Positions 48,138-57,229 of a stretch of DNA of 62,183 bases are shown here, piece after piece. A model generated the notes under the pieces. It worked only from the letters and a program-made list of their open reading frames with translations, had not been told where the DNA came from and searched no databases. Every line of letters starts with the position of its first letter. Position 1 is the first letter of the stretch. The stretch spans positions 1 to 62,183 of IMG/VR virus record IMGVR_UViG_3300025141_016207; one strand, written 5' to 3'. This stretch comes from a virus (Duplodnaviria; Caudoviricetes). The translations under genes and the position numbers were made by a program.

Positions 48138-49025
48138 TCAATTATATTTACCAAGTGCCCTTTTTATATCACGAGCGACAACTTCTTTAAAAAATTTAAG
48201 GTCTGCCTTTAGAGTTGAAATCTCATCAGAAATGTCGCTAATTCTAATCCTTAATTCAATAATTTGTTGATGGTCTCGACTTGTCAACTGAGATATAATC
48301 TTTTCTTGTTGTTCCTTCAAACTCATTTTTTCTCCTTGGGTTGTTTTCGCTTCAAGTGGCGAACTACAAAAAACCATATTATCTTTTTGCACAAAATTTT
48401 TGTAGTTAGATTTTAACATAGAAATTAACCGATCATATTCGGGAGCGATCCTGCTTTTGGAGGGTTTCCCGTGTATCTCCATAGAAAGGGTGTGGATACG
48501 CGGAAACAAACCCATTTTTTCAGCATGAAATAAAATTTCATATTCCGATCCCTCCACGTCCATTTTTAGGAAATCAATAAAATCAATCTGTTGTTCTTCG
48601 AAAAGCTCATTTAAAGAAAGTGAATCAATTTGTCGTGGGGTCCATTCTTGACCAAATCTATCTTTTCCACGATAACTTTTATTGTTGTCATAAATACAAG
48701 TATTGCCGCCAGGGTTGCGCGAGAAGGCGATGCCAATTGGTTCACTATTGCCAATCAAAGCCTTATTGTAACAAAGAATATCTACATCATCATCAATTAC
48801 ATTTTCCTTCAAAACCTCAAATATATCCCCCAATGGTTCAAAACTAAAAATTTTGCACTCAGGATATAAACTGGCAGCAAGAATAGTAAAAACGCCCATA
48901 TTTGCGCCAGCGTCCACAATAAATCGTGGAGTTCTAATTGGCTTCCACTGATTCACAAAACCATAACAATCCTTTGTCCATACCTCTTTCACCAATTCAC
49001 GAAAGAAATATTCTTTATCTCTCAC
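48138..49025 (-). CDS. FkbM-family methyltransferase with C-terminal coiled-coil extension
   Basis: IVDAGANMGVF, FSFEP, IDFLKMDVEGSEYEIL, MEIH. Confidence 0.85.
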   Translation of the reverse strand: MRDKEYFFRELVKEVWTKDCYGFVNQWKPIRTPRFIVDAGANMGVFTILAASLYPECKIFSFEPLGDIFEVLKENVIDDDVDILCYNKALIGNSEPIGIAFSRNPGGNTCIYDNNKSYRGKDRFGQEWTPRQIDSLSLNELFEEQQIDFIDFLKMDVEGSEYEILFHAEKMGLFPRIHTLSMEIHGKPSKSRIAPEYDRLISMLKSNYKNFVQKDNMVFCSSPLEAKTTQGEKMSLKEQQEKIISQLTSRDHQQIIELRIRISDISDEISTLKADLKFFKEVVARDIKRALGKYN

Positions 49026-49026
49026 G

Positions 49027-49395
49027 TTAATCTCCCTTTGTCACACGATAACTATCTTCATCGAAATGCTGAGTGGAAAACTCAAACAACTCTGAATCTT
49101 CAAGGGCGTGCATTTGATGCCTCAAACCAGCGGGAACATAAAAGTTCTGCCCAGGCTCAAGAAGTATTTTATTGGCGAGTTCGGGATTATCCTCGGCGCT
49201 ATATTTAACAATTAATTTGCCGGATTGAAGATAAAATACTTCATCTTTAATTTTGTGGTAATGCCAAGAGCATCGCCTTCCCCCTTCAAAGAAGAGCAGT
49301 TTCCCACAATATTCTGATTTATTAACAATCCACTTTTCATAACCCCATCCCTTTTTCACATATTTCATAGGAATGTGAATTTGTTTATTTACCAT
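49027..49395 (-). CDS. Cupin, mannose-6-phosphate isomerase / sugar isomerase-like
   Basis: VKKGWGYEKW, SWHYHKIKDEVFY (HxHxxxxE), PAGLRH. Confidence 0.8.
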   Translation of the reverse strand: MVNKQIHIPMKYVKKGWGYEKWIVNKSEYCGKLLFFEGGRRCSWHYHKIKDEVFYLQSGKLIVKYSAEDNPELANKILLEPGQNFYVPAGLRHQMHALEDSELFEFSTQHFDEDSYRVTKGD

Positions 49396-50210
49396 ACTGA
49401 TTTTCCCCCATCAATAACAACGTTTTCACCCGTCATATAAGAACTAGCATCCGAACACATAAAAGCAATTACACCCTTATATTCGTCAATATCAGACATT
49501 CTCCCCATAGGAATAAGATTAGTAAGCTTGTTCACAAAATCTTCGGGATGATCATTATACACCGCAGTTGGACTGATGCAATTAACACGGATACCCTGTT
49601 GGGCATAATAAACTGCTAAATACTTAGTCATCCCCACAATTGCCCATTTTGCTGCGGAATAGGTTACAGGTTTAACATTCTGCATGTCTTCGGCTAGCCC
49701 ATCTTTACGATAAATTCTCTGATCAGGTGCAATCACCCCCAAGTCGGACGCAATATTTAAAATCACACCACCATCGTTCTTCAACATTCTTTTGGCTGCT
49801 GCCTGCGAGCAGAAAAAAGTACCGTTCATCGCGGCGTCGACGCCCTCATACCAATACTCTGGAGTCATCGTTTCAAAGCGGCTGTCGGGCGTTAAGCCGC
49901 CGTTCTTTTTAACCTTCGGGTCTTTAGCCGCATTATTAATTAAGATGTCTACAGCGCCACAGACCGCAAACACGGCACTAACTGATTCGGGATCGGTAAC
50001 ATCCATATGATGGGCTACCGCGCAGTCTTTTCCATATTTTTTATTTAGTTCTTTAGCCTTCGCTTCGACCCGATCTAAATGATGATCTGTCAAAACAACG
50101 GACCCCCCAAACTCAATTATAGCCTCGGCGTGCTTCGGACCTAAAAGCCCTCCTGCGCCCGTGATTAACGCCGTTTTTCCCGTTAAATCAAACATATCAC
50201 GCGCATTCAT
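49389..50210 (-). CDS. SDR oxidoreductase (PtmA/flagellin-modification-like)
   Basis: ITGAGGLLG, LINNAA, YSAAK (YxxxK), IPMGRM, VIDGG; start at MNAR after a GAGGAG SD, although the ORF is open to 50225. Confidence 0.9.
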   Translation of the reverse strand: MNARDMFDLTGKTALITGAGGLLGPKHAEAIIEFGGSVVLTDHHLDRVEAKAKELNKKYGKDCAVAHHMDVTDPESVSAVFAVCGAVDILINNAAKDPKVKKNGGLTPDSRFETMTPEYWYEGVDAAMNGTFFCSQAAAKRMLKNDGGVILNIASDLGVIAPDQRIYRKDGLAEDMQNVKPVTYSAAKWAIVGMTKYLAVYYAQQGIRVNCISPTAVYNDHPEDFVNKLTNLIPMGRMSDIDEYKGVIAFMCSDASSYMTGENVVIDGGKSVW

Positions 50211-50964
50211 TATAAATCTCCTCAAACAATTGTTTATGTTTAGTAATGGTTTTCACTTCTTGTCCGTATTCTTCTCGGGCAGTTTGAAGTGTAAAAACGC
50301 CATCATACCCGCTAGAAACTAGATTTTTAAAAATTAAATTAAAATCTGTATCTCCCGTGCCGGGTTCTACCGTTTTCGCTGAAAATGTCCGGTCTTTAAG
50401 ATGAACATTGCTTATCTTTTCTTTAAAGATACGAATATAGTCTTCATGATCGATTCCGCATGATGTAATATTGCCGGTATCATAGGTGACCAAAATATTA
50501 TCTCCCAATTCTAATAGCTCAAGCAGCTTGCTCGGCTCTAGCTCTGCCTCAATGGAAAAAGTGAGTTGAGGATATTTTTGTGCCAATTCTCGCATCAACC
50601 CACAAAACAGCTTTCTTCTAAAATTGTCCTTTACGTCACTATCCTCTAACAATGGTATTGTAACATTCTTTATGGCGTTTTTTAACGCTGCAACGCAAAT
50701 AGGTTCCAAATTTTCGAAAAAGAAATCCCTTTGAATAATTCTACTATCCACAATGTTATCGGCACAAATGGAATTTATTGAATACCCTGAAACGTCCTCG
50801 GAAAAGATAGGATTACTTTTAAAAGAATTTTTGGTTACTATCCACTCCACATGATTCAATCTTAGTTCTTTTAATAGTTCGAATTCGCGACGCCAATTAG
50901 ATGGACACTCCTGAAAACCATTGGTTGGGGTGGAAAGTCTTCCCTGAATTATTCCCATTTTCAT
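50197..50964 (-). CDS. Sugar phosphate isomerase/epimerase (xylose-isomerase-like TIM barrel)
   Basis: GIIQGRLS, SIEAE, YDTGN, VHLKDR, GTGDTDF, FTLQTAR. Confidence 0.85.
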   Translation of the reverse strand: MKMGIIQGRLSTPTNGFQECPSNWRREFELLKELRLNHVEWIVTKNSFKSNPIFSEDVSGYSINSICADNIVDSRIIQRDFFFENLEPICVAALKNAIKNVTIPLLEDSDVKDNFRRKLFCGLMRELAQKYPQLTFSIEAELEPSKLLELLELGDNILVTYDTGNITSCGIDHEDYIRIFKEKISNVHLKDRTFSAKTVEPGTGDTDFNLIFKNLVSSGYDGVFTLQTAREEYGQEVKTITKHKQLFEEIYNECA

Positions 50965-51689
50965 TGTACGTTAACCCTGTTCAGCCTCACCTCTTCAGAG
51001 ATCATATCTTCATTGAAAGATACCATAAAGACTATATATTCGGCAATTTCTCTCGGATCAATAAAGGTTTCATAAAGCTGTCCCTTTACTTGCTTTCCCA
51101 TCTCGGTTTTAATAGAACCCGGCGAAAAACAAAAAGTTCTTACATTGTGATGTTTTAGTTCATCGTGCAACGAACGAGACAAGCCCAACAATGCATGTTT
51201 TGAAGCGCAATAAATGGAAGTATTTTTAAAACCACTATAGGAGGAGGAGGAGCCAATGTTAATTATTCGACCCCACTTGTTTGCCACCATATCTTTTATG
51301 AATTCTTGACAGAAAATGAATGGCGCACGAACATTAACATTAAAACAATTATCGAAATCTTCAATTGAAGTGGCATTTAGTGCGGACACCATAAACTCCC
51401 CAGCGCAATTAACCAAAACATCAATTTGACCCAAGGTCTTCCTGGCTTCTTCAATCAAAAAAGCTATATCGTCCAGACTTCTCAAATCCCCCACTTGACA
51501 AGTAGCCGAGACATCGTAATTAGATTCCTCTATTTGACCAATAATGTTTTTTAACTTTTCTGTGTCTCGACCAGTTAAATATAAATTACAACCACGCTTC
51601 GCAAATTCTAATGCAATCTGCTCGCCCAAACCACCCGAAGCCCCCGTAATGAAAACATTCTTGTTTTTCAATATTTGGATTCTATGCAT
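50961..51689 (-). CDS. SDR oxidoreductase
   Basis: ITGASGGLG, VNCAG, YCASK, PGSIKT. Confidence 0.9.
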   Translation of the reverse strand: MHRIQILKNKNVFITGASGGLGEQIALEFAKRGCNLYLTGRDTEKLKNIIGQIEESNYDVSATCQVGDLRSLDDIAFLIEEARKTLGQIDVLVNCAGEFMVSALNATSIEDFDNCFNVNVRAPFIFCQEFIKDMVANKWGRIINIGSSSSYSGFKNTSIYCASKHALLGLSRSLHDELKHHNVRTFCFSPGSIKTEMGKQVKGQLYETFIDPREIAEYIVFMVSFNEDMISEEVRLNRVNVQ

Positions 51690-52542
51690 TAAAATAACGA
51701 AGCTTTTGAGAGACTACCTTTTCGGTTGGTAAAATAGTTTTTTTACCGGAACCCATGATCCTTTGAACTTTTGTAATTTGCTTAACAAGTTCTCTAAGCT
51801 CTTCGGGCTCCAAAGAGGCTGATTGATCTGAACCATACATGTTCTTATCCAGGGTTATATGTCTTTCAATTGCAAGCGCACCTTCTGCTACCGCCATCAA
51901 CGTGGGCAACATATGTGCCTCGTGTCCGCTATACCCAACCGGGCATGTATAACGCTGCTTCAATTTATTAATCATACTAATGTTACAATTTTCATCCACA
52001 CACGGATAAATTGAGACACAATGAAGGAGTGTAAAGGGGCATGGGTATTTATAAAAAATTTCCAATGCCGCATCAATTTCTTCATATGTGCTCATTCCAG
52101 TTGAGATAAAAGTGTGCTTTTTTTCTTGTGCAATCTTTTCCAATAAGGGCAAGTGGGTAAGCATCGCTGAAGCTACCTTATTAAACTCTAAATCATATTG
52201 TTGTAAAAACTCTTGACTAGGTTCGTCCCACGCTGATGCTGTCCAAAGGATGTTTCTTTCTTTGCAATAAGAATCGATTACATCGTATTCTTCCTTGCCA
52301 AATTCCAAGCCCTCCTTTTGAGCACGTTGGGTTGTTCCCCATGTGCTCTCTCTTTCTCCAGCAAGATATTCTTGAGTATAAACAACGTCAACATTTCTTT
52401 TTTGAAACTTGACGGCATCGCAGCCAGCCTCAACTGCTGCATCGATTAATTTTTTAGCTACTTCTAAATCACCATTGTGATTAATGCCAATTTCAGCAAT
52501 AATAAAGGGAATTTGTTCCGCTAATTCATATGGGTTAAGCAT
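51682..52542 (-). CDS. neuB: N-acetylneuraminate (nonulosonate) synthase, short form without the C-terminal SAF/antifreeze domain
   Basis: IIAEIGINHNGD, AVKFQKR, ISTGMS, LHCVSIYP, GYSGHE, IERHITLD..GSDQ; start after an AAGGAGG SD at 52542, although the ORF is open to 52563. Confidence 0.92.
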   Translation of the reverse strand: MLNPYELAEQIPFIIAEIGINHNGDLEVAKKLIDAAVEAGCDAVKFQKRNVDVVYTQEYLAGERESTWGTTQRAQKEGLEFGKEEYDVIDSYCKERNILWTASAWDEPSQEFLQQYDLEFNKVASAMLTHLPLLEKIAQEKKHTFISTGMSTYEEIDAALEIFYKYPCPFTLLHCVSIYPCVDENCNISMINKLKQRYTCPVGYSGHEAHMLPTLMAVAEGALAIERHITLDKNMYGSDQSASLEPEELRELVKQITKVQRIMGSGKKTILPTEKVVSQKLRYFNA

Positions 52543-52559
52543 AAACCCCTCCTTGTTAA

Positions 52560-53573
52560 TCACAGTATAGCATGATTTTGAGGGATTTGAAGAGGAAATT
52601 CTTGCTTTGAAATATCAGTTGATTGATTCGCTCGGTGACCTTCACCAAGATTTTGATATTCTACTTTGTTATTTTCTAAAGTGTTTAATAAATAATCCCA
52701 CAACAAAACATACTGTTGCCGGTATCTGTCATATGAAAATGTCCTGCCTTGATGATCTGTTTTGTGAATCCCCTCATACGCATGTTGATGCTTGGTTCCA
52801 TCCTTGCCCATATCACCATCCATACCTACAAAATAAATCTTTTTAGCTTTTAAAAATGTAGCCAAGCAAATTAACCTCGCTATGGTGCCAACTTTGGAAA
52901 AATAACGCAAATGGTAATAAGCCACTTGCTCAGAGAAAGAAGACTTGAGTTCTTCAAATTCTTCTGACTTCCTAAAAGGAGATATGCCGGCTTCAAAAAC
53001 ACACAATGTTTTATGTCGTTTGACATAATCATTAAATTCTGAAGATTTTAAGTCTACCGTAGGACCGACAGACAACAAAGAAGCTGCCAGTTCGTCCGAG
53101 TCCGATTTCATAAAAAAATTATTACAAGCCCAAATATGATCATATTCTAGATTCATATTTTTCCAATTTATATCGTTTGTGCTGGGACCGGCTCCAATGA
53201 TTAAGATTGTTTTATCTTCAAATTTTTTAAAATGTTTGGAATCTTGTATCATGAACTCCGTCGTTGTCTTAATGTTGGATCCGAAAAACTTGCCGAAATA
53301 CTCTGTGACGTGTTCATATCCCCACTGTGGATTGGATAAAAAATCCTCTTTTTGGGCAAAAAAGGAAAAATCCCCAGGATTTTTATAAAAATCTTGCTCT
53401 GGTCCAAAACAATTTCCTGTTTTCATATCATACCACACATTAAGTTGTGGCTCCCTAAGAATAACATTCTGGTAACGACGAAAGGAATTAAAAATATCAG
53501 CGCCAATATCTATATTATCGGTAAAATCACCATCTTTATAAATTTCAACACAATCATTCCAAGTAATCACCAT
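52560..53573 (-). CDS. Sialyltransferase-fold protein (Cst/GT42- or Maf-like), paralog of 44423-45523
   Basis: ILIIGAGPSTNDINW..WACNNFF, KIYFVGMDG, HAY, LWDYL..YQNLGE. Confidence 0.65.
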   Translation of the reverse strand: MVITWNDCVEIYKDGDFTDNIDIGADIFNSFRRYQNVILREPQLNVWYDMKTGNCFGPEQDFYKNPGDFSFFAQKEDFLSNPQWGYEHVTEYFGKFFGSNIKTTTEFMIQDSKHFKKFEDKTILIIGAGPSTNDINWKNMNLEYDHIWACNNFFMKSDSDELAASLLSVGPTVDLKSSEFNDYVKRHKTLCVFEAGISPFRKSEEFEELKSSFSEQVAYYHLRYFSKVGTIARLICLATFLKAKKIYFVGMDGDMGKDGTKHQHAYEGIHKTDHQGRTFSYDRYRQQYVLLWDYLLNTLENNKVEYQNLGEGHRANQSTDISKQEFPLQIPQNHAIL

Positions 53574-53575
53574 TC

Positions 53576-54400
53576 CTAACCTCTTAGTTTTTTTCGAACC
53601 TGTTTTTCTTGATCTGTGATCTGCTTATAGCCATCCCCAGCGGCAATTTCCAATTCTCTGATCCCTCTGACCAGCTTGATCATGCCTTGTGGCTCAACTG
53701 AACAAAGCTGATCAGTGCCCCACATAGTTCTATCTAACGTTATATGTCTCTCGATTATATTTGCACCCAAGTATACTGCGGCGACTGAAGTTCCCAAACG
53801 AAATTCATGACCACTATAACCAACCTCGCAGTTATAACGTTCTTTTAACGTTTGTATGCATTTCAAATTTAAATCTTCTAATGGTGCTGGATAAGATGAA
53901 TTACAATGCATCATCACAATCTCACAACCCTTAAGCCACTCAACAACTTGATCAATTTCTTGATAAGTGCTCATGCCCGTAGAAAAAATAATCTTTTTTC
54001 CGGTTGCGGCGGTGGCTTTCACCAAAGGTTCGTTGGCGATCATAGCTGATGGGATTTTGATCCAAGGAATATCGTAGCGCAATAAAAACTTAAGGCTGTC
54101 TAAATCCCATGGGGAAGCAGACCATTCAATACCCTTTTCTTTACAATATTTATTTATCTCGTCATACTCGGCTTTTTCAAACTCTACCTTGTATTTGTAA
54201 TCAAGATATGTCATTTGTCCCCATGGGGTTTCTTTCATGACATTCTTTTGATGGTCTGGGACACAAGCGGCAGGATTTCTTTTTTGAAATTTAACTGCAT
54301 CACAGCCAGCGACAGAAGCAATATCGATTAGCTTCTTTGCCGTATGAATATCTCCATTATGATTAATTCCAATTTCAGCTATGATGTATGTCTTTCGCAT
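53576..54400 (-). CDS. neuB: N-acetylneuraminate (nonulosonate) synthase, short form
   Basis: IIAEIGINHNGD, VKFQKR, ETPWGQMTYLDY, STGMS, MHCNSSYP, GYSGHE, IERHITLDRTMWGTDQ. Confidence 0.92.
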   Translation of the reverse strand: MRKTYIIAEIGINHNGDIHTAKKLIDIASVAGCDAVKFQKRNPAACVPDHQKNVMKETPWGQMTYLDYKYKVEFEKAEYDEINKYCKEKGIEWSASPWDLDSLKFLLRYDIPWIKIPSAMIANEPLVKATAATGKKIIFSTGMSTYQEIDQVVEWLKGCEIVMMHCNSSYPAPLEDLNLKCIQTLKERYNCEVGYSGHEFRLGTSVAAVYLGANIIERHITLDRTMWGTDQLCSVEPQGMIKLVRGIRELEIAAGDGYKQITDQEKQVRKKLRG

Positions 54401-55192
54401 TTATTTTTTTACCAAAACTGCAATGTATTTTTTGTATGGGCGATGCAATTCAAGGCTTTTCGGTTTTAAAATTTTCCATTCTCCCTGTCCAGCCAGTTTA
54501 ACAATCTCAGTAAATACTGTCTCGGTACACTGAAAACAATCAGCTTGAGTATCCTTGTTATTCTTCACGTTTAAAGACGTATCCAACGACATTGGTGTTT
54601 TGTTGGGGCGATCATCATACCCTCTTTGAATGTAAATTCTGCCTCCCGGTTTAATACAACTCATCCATGCCTTTAAACATGTGATGGGATCATACGAGTG
54701 GTCCAACGAGTTACTAAAGATGAAACACACATTCCCTAGCCATTCTTCTTTTATGTTGTGAAAATCCCATTCAATAGTATCGGAAAACTCAGTTGCAGTA
54801 TAGGAGATTTCTGTTCCAATAACTTCAACCCCCAAAGCCTTTCGAAAACGGGATTGTTCGTGACCTCGACGTGTGCCGTGACACAATCCAAATTTCAAAT
54901 CAGGAATATTTTTTTTGATATCTTGGGAAATTTTTGCAATACGTTTAGCGTCTGGACCGGGGAAATCTATTTTTTTTAAATTGATGTAAGTCTGTGATTC
55001 TACATACGCTTCATAATCAAAAGTGCCATCCGCAAATTCATATCTAAAAAGCTGGGCTGTTGATTCGGAGTGATGTTTAAAAGGTTTAAAATCTATACCT
55101 GCTTTGTTATATTTATCTAAGATTTTGATATAATTTTTATTATCAGCGGTGGCGGCTTTCAAGATAGCTGATTTTTGTTTAATTTTCTTCAT
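54401..55192 (-). CDS. Putative class I SAM-dependent methyltransferase
   Basis: GLCHGTRRG, VIGTEIS, WDFH, FSNSLDHSYDP..W..CIKPGG. Confidence 0.6.
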   Translation of the reverse strand: MKKIKQKSAILKAATADNKNYIKILDKYNKAGIDFKPFKHHSESTAQLFRYEFADGTFDYEAYVESQTYINLKKIDFPGPDAKRIAKISQDIKKNIPDLKFGLCHGTRRGHEQSRFRKALGVEVIGTEISYTATEFSDTIEWDFHNIKEEWLGNVCFIFSNSLDHSYDPITCLKAWMSCIKPGGRIYIQRGYDDRPNKTPMSLDTSLNVKNNKDTQADCFQCTETVFTEIVKLAGQGEWKILKPKSLELHRPYKKYIAVLVKK

Positions 55193-57225
55193 AAAGACAC
55201 TCTTGGAATCCCTTCAAATAGGGCGCTTTCCGAAGACGCCAATTCCAACTGAACGCCACGGTTTAACAACCAATTATAAATTTCTTCTGTTGCGTCCACA
55301 TGGGCTTTAACCTCCCACGGTAGGACATCAGCCCTATTAAAAAGTTTATCAGTCTCTCCATAAAAGTGTTTATGATCGCTCTGCTTCTTGGGGTTATCTT
55401 TTGATAAATCATAACCGATCGCGACTATTTTAGAGACGCCAAGATGTACAGCCATGTGAAGAACCGTTTCTAACACAATGCCAGGACCGCAGGGGCGGTC
55501 GATGGAATTTTCCAGACAATACTTTTCAAACTCCTTTGTAAACACAAGAAACTTATTCGCTATTTCAGTTCTAATGGGAATTTTAAAAAACAGATCTACT
55601 TCTTGTTGCGGAGCAAAGCGCTTTTCCAAATCATAATTGCTACTAACCACACTAATTGGATCAGACTCATCATAAGGATAATGTACGTCTGGTCGAGGGT
55701 GAGGCAAGTTTGAACAATTAAAAAAATGAAAATCGGCAATTTCTGGACAATAATCATAAGCCTGCTTAACAGAAAGCACCAATTTATCAGCCAACAGACT
55801 CTTTAAATGAGAAACGGAGTTTTTCTTTAAAGAAGGTCCGCAACTGAGTAAATAACACGTCTCTCCTTTATACGCATCTTTCAATAAATCAACTTTTTGT
55901 TGTAAATTGTTTACTAATTGAAGTTCCCTTTTTAGTTCCTGTGTTTTGTGTTTAATTTTGTTTGTAGGGGTGTTTAAGTCAGAGCAGGATTCAAACTTTA
56001 AAGAATCTTTCAAAATCTTGCTGATGTTAGTGCTAGAACAATGTGCTGACAGCTTTTTATGATTTAATTTTGTTACCTTGTCGAACGCCGCAATGTTTTG
56101 TTTCTTTACATTATATGCCGACCTCATTTTTGACATCAAATCTAGAATATTCGGTTCATAATAGTTCATATCACAAAGGTAATTTTGGACATTATAACAT
56201 GGAGATTTATAGCACTCAAAAAGAAACTCGTTATCATGTAAATAATCTATATGACCACCCTTGTTGGGCACAATAACCGGCATTTTACGCGCAACGGCGT
56301 CGGCTATAGTTAGACCAAAACCTTCTCCCCGCGTGGGGAGAATAAAACAATCTGAAACATCATAAAGGTGACTAATCTCCGAAGGAGAGATAATCTCGTT
56401 GATAAGAATAACAGGAGCGGTCGGGTGATTGTTAGAATCATCAATATATACCTGTGATTTTATAGTATTAATGTGATTAGCAATAATCTTATATTGTTCT
56501 TCGGGCGTAGCAGTTTGAACGCTCATATTATCAATATAGGTTTTTATAATTAAAGCAACATCTTGCCGATCTTTAAATTCTGAAAAATATGCTCTTAAAA
56601 GCACCTCAAACGCTTTTCGGTGATTCCATTGGGATATCGCTAAAAATGTGAATTTATCTTCTAAATTCGGAAGAGGGAATGGATCACTTTTAAATTTTCT
56701 AACATCAATGGGAATATAATGAGGCAACAATTTAGTTTTCACATTGGCTTTGTTGTATGTTTCCTCATTCCAACGACAGGGCACAAAACAAAATTCGGTT
56801 TTCAATCGAGACAATACCTTGACCCAAAAATCTGGAATTTTGTCAGCTTCCCAAGTTGAAATATTAATATTTTCGTTGGAGGATGACAGCAGCCTTTTCG
56901 CTCTTATAAAAACCTTTCTCATGTGAATGGGCAAATTATTTGCCGACTCAATCCATGATATTACTGCGGGGGGAATGTGCCATATTAAAGTGTATTTTTC
57001 TTGAAGTAGTTGATTTAGGTGTGCTTCCCCTTTTATATGATGTTTATCAATCAATTTTTGATCAGAATCTTTTAACCGATGAGGTTTTTCAAAGGGCAAA
57101 TTAAAAATGTGAAATTTAAACCCCACCTCAGAAGCCAATTGATCCAAAACATGCAAATACCCACGGGCAGCAGATGCATAACCGGAGGCGTCAGTAAACT
57201 GCGCTAAATAAATTAATCTCTTCAT
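55189..57225 (-). CDS. Fusion of a GT4 glycosyltransferase and a Maf/DUF115 (sialyltransferase-fold) domain
   Basis: N-terminal part: SGYASAARG, WEAD, RKAFEVLL, PTRGEGFGLTIADA; C-terminal part: YKGETCYLLSCGPSL..HMAVHLGVSKIVAIGYDL..HFY. Confidence 0.8.
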   Translation of the reverse strand: MKRLIYLAQFTDASGYASAARGYLHVLDQLASEVGFKFHIFNLPFEKPHRLKDSDQKLIDKHHIKGEAHLNQLLQEKYTLIWHIPPAVISWIESANNLPIHMRKVFIRAKRLLSSSNENINISTWEADKIPDFWVKVLSRLKTEFCFVPCRWNEETYNKANVKTKLLPHYIPIDVRKFKSDPFPLPNLEDKFTFLAISQWNHRKAFEVLLRAYFSEFKDRQDVALIIKTYIDNMSVQTATPEEQYKIIANHINTIKSQVYIDDSNNHPTAPVILINEIISPSEISHLYDVSDCFILPTRGEGFGLTIADAVARKMPVIVPNKGGHIDYLHDNEFLFECYKSPCYNVQNYLCDMNYYEPNILDLMSKMRSAYNVKKQNIAAFDKVTKLNHKKLSAHCSSTNISKILKDSLKFESCSDLNTPTNKIKHKTQELKRELQLVNNLQQKVDLLKDAYKGETCYLLSCGPSLKKNSVSHLKSLLADKLVLSVKQAYDYCPEIADFHFFNCSNLPHPRPDVHYPYDESDPISVVSSNYDLEKRFAPQQEVDLFFKIPIRTEIANKFLVFTKEFEKYCLENSIDRPCGPGIVLETVLHMAVHLGVSKIVAIGYDLSKDNPKKQSDHKHFYGETDKLFNRADVLPWEVKAHVDATEEIYNWLLNRGVQLELASSESALFEGIPRVSL

Positions 57226-57229
57226 TTAT

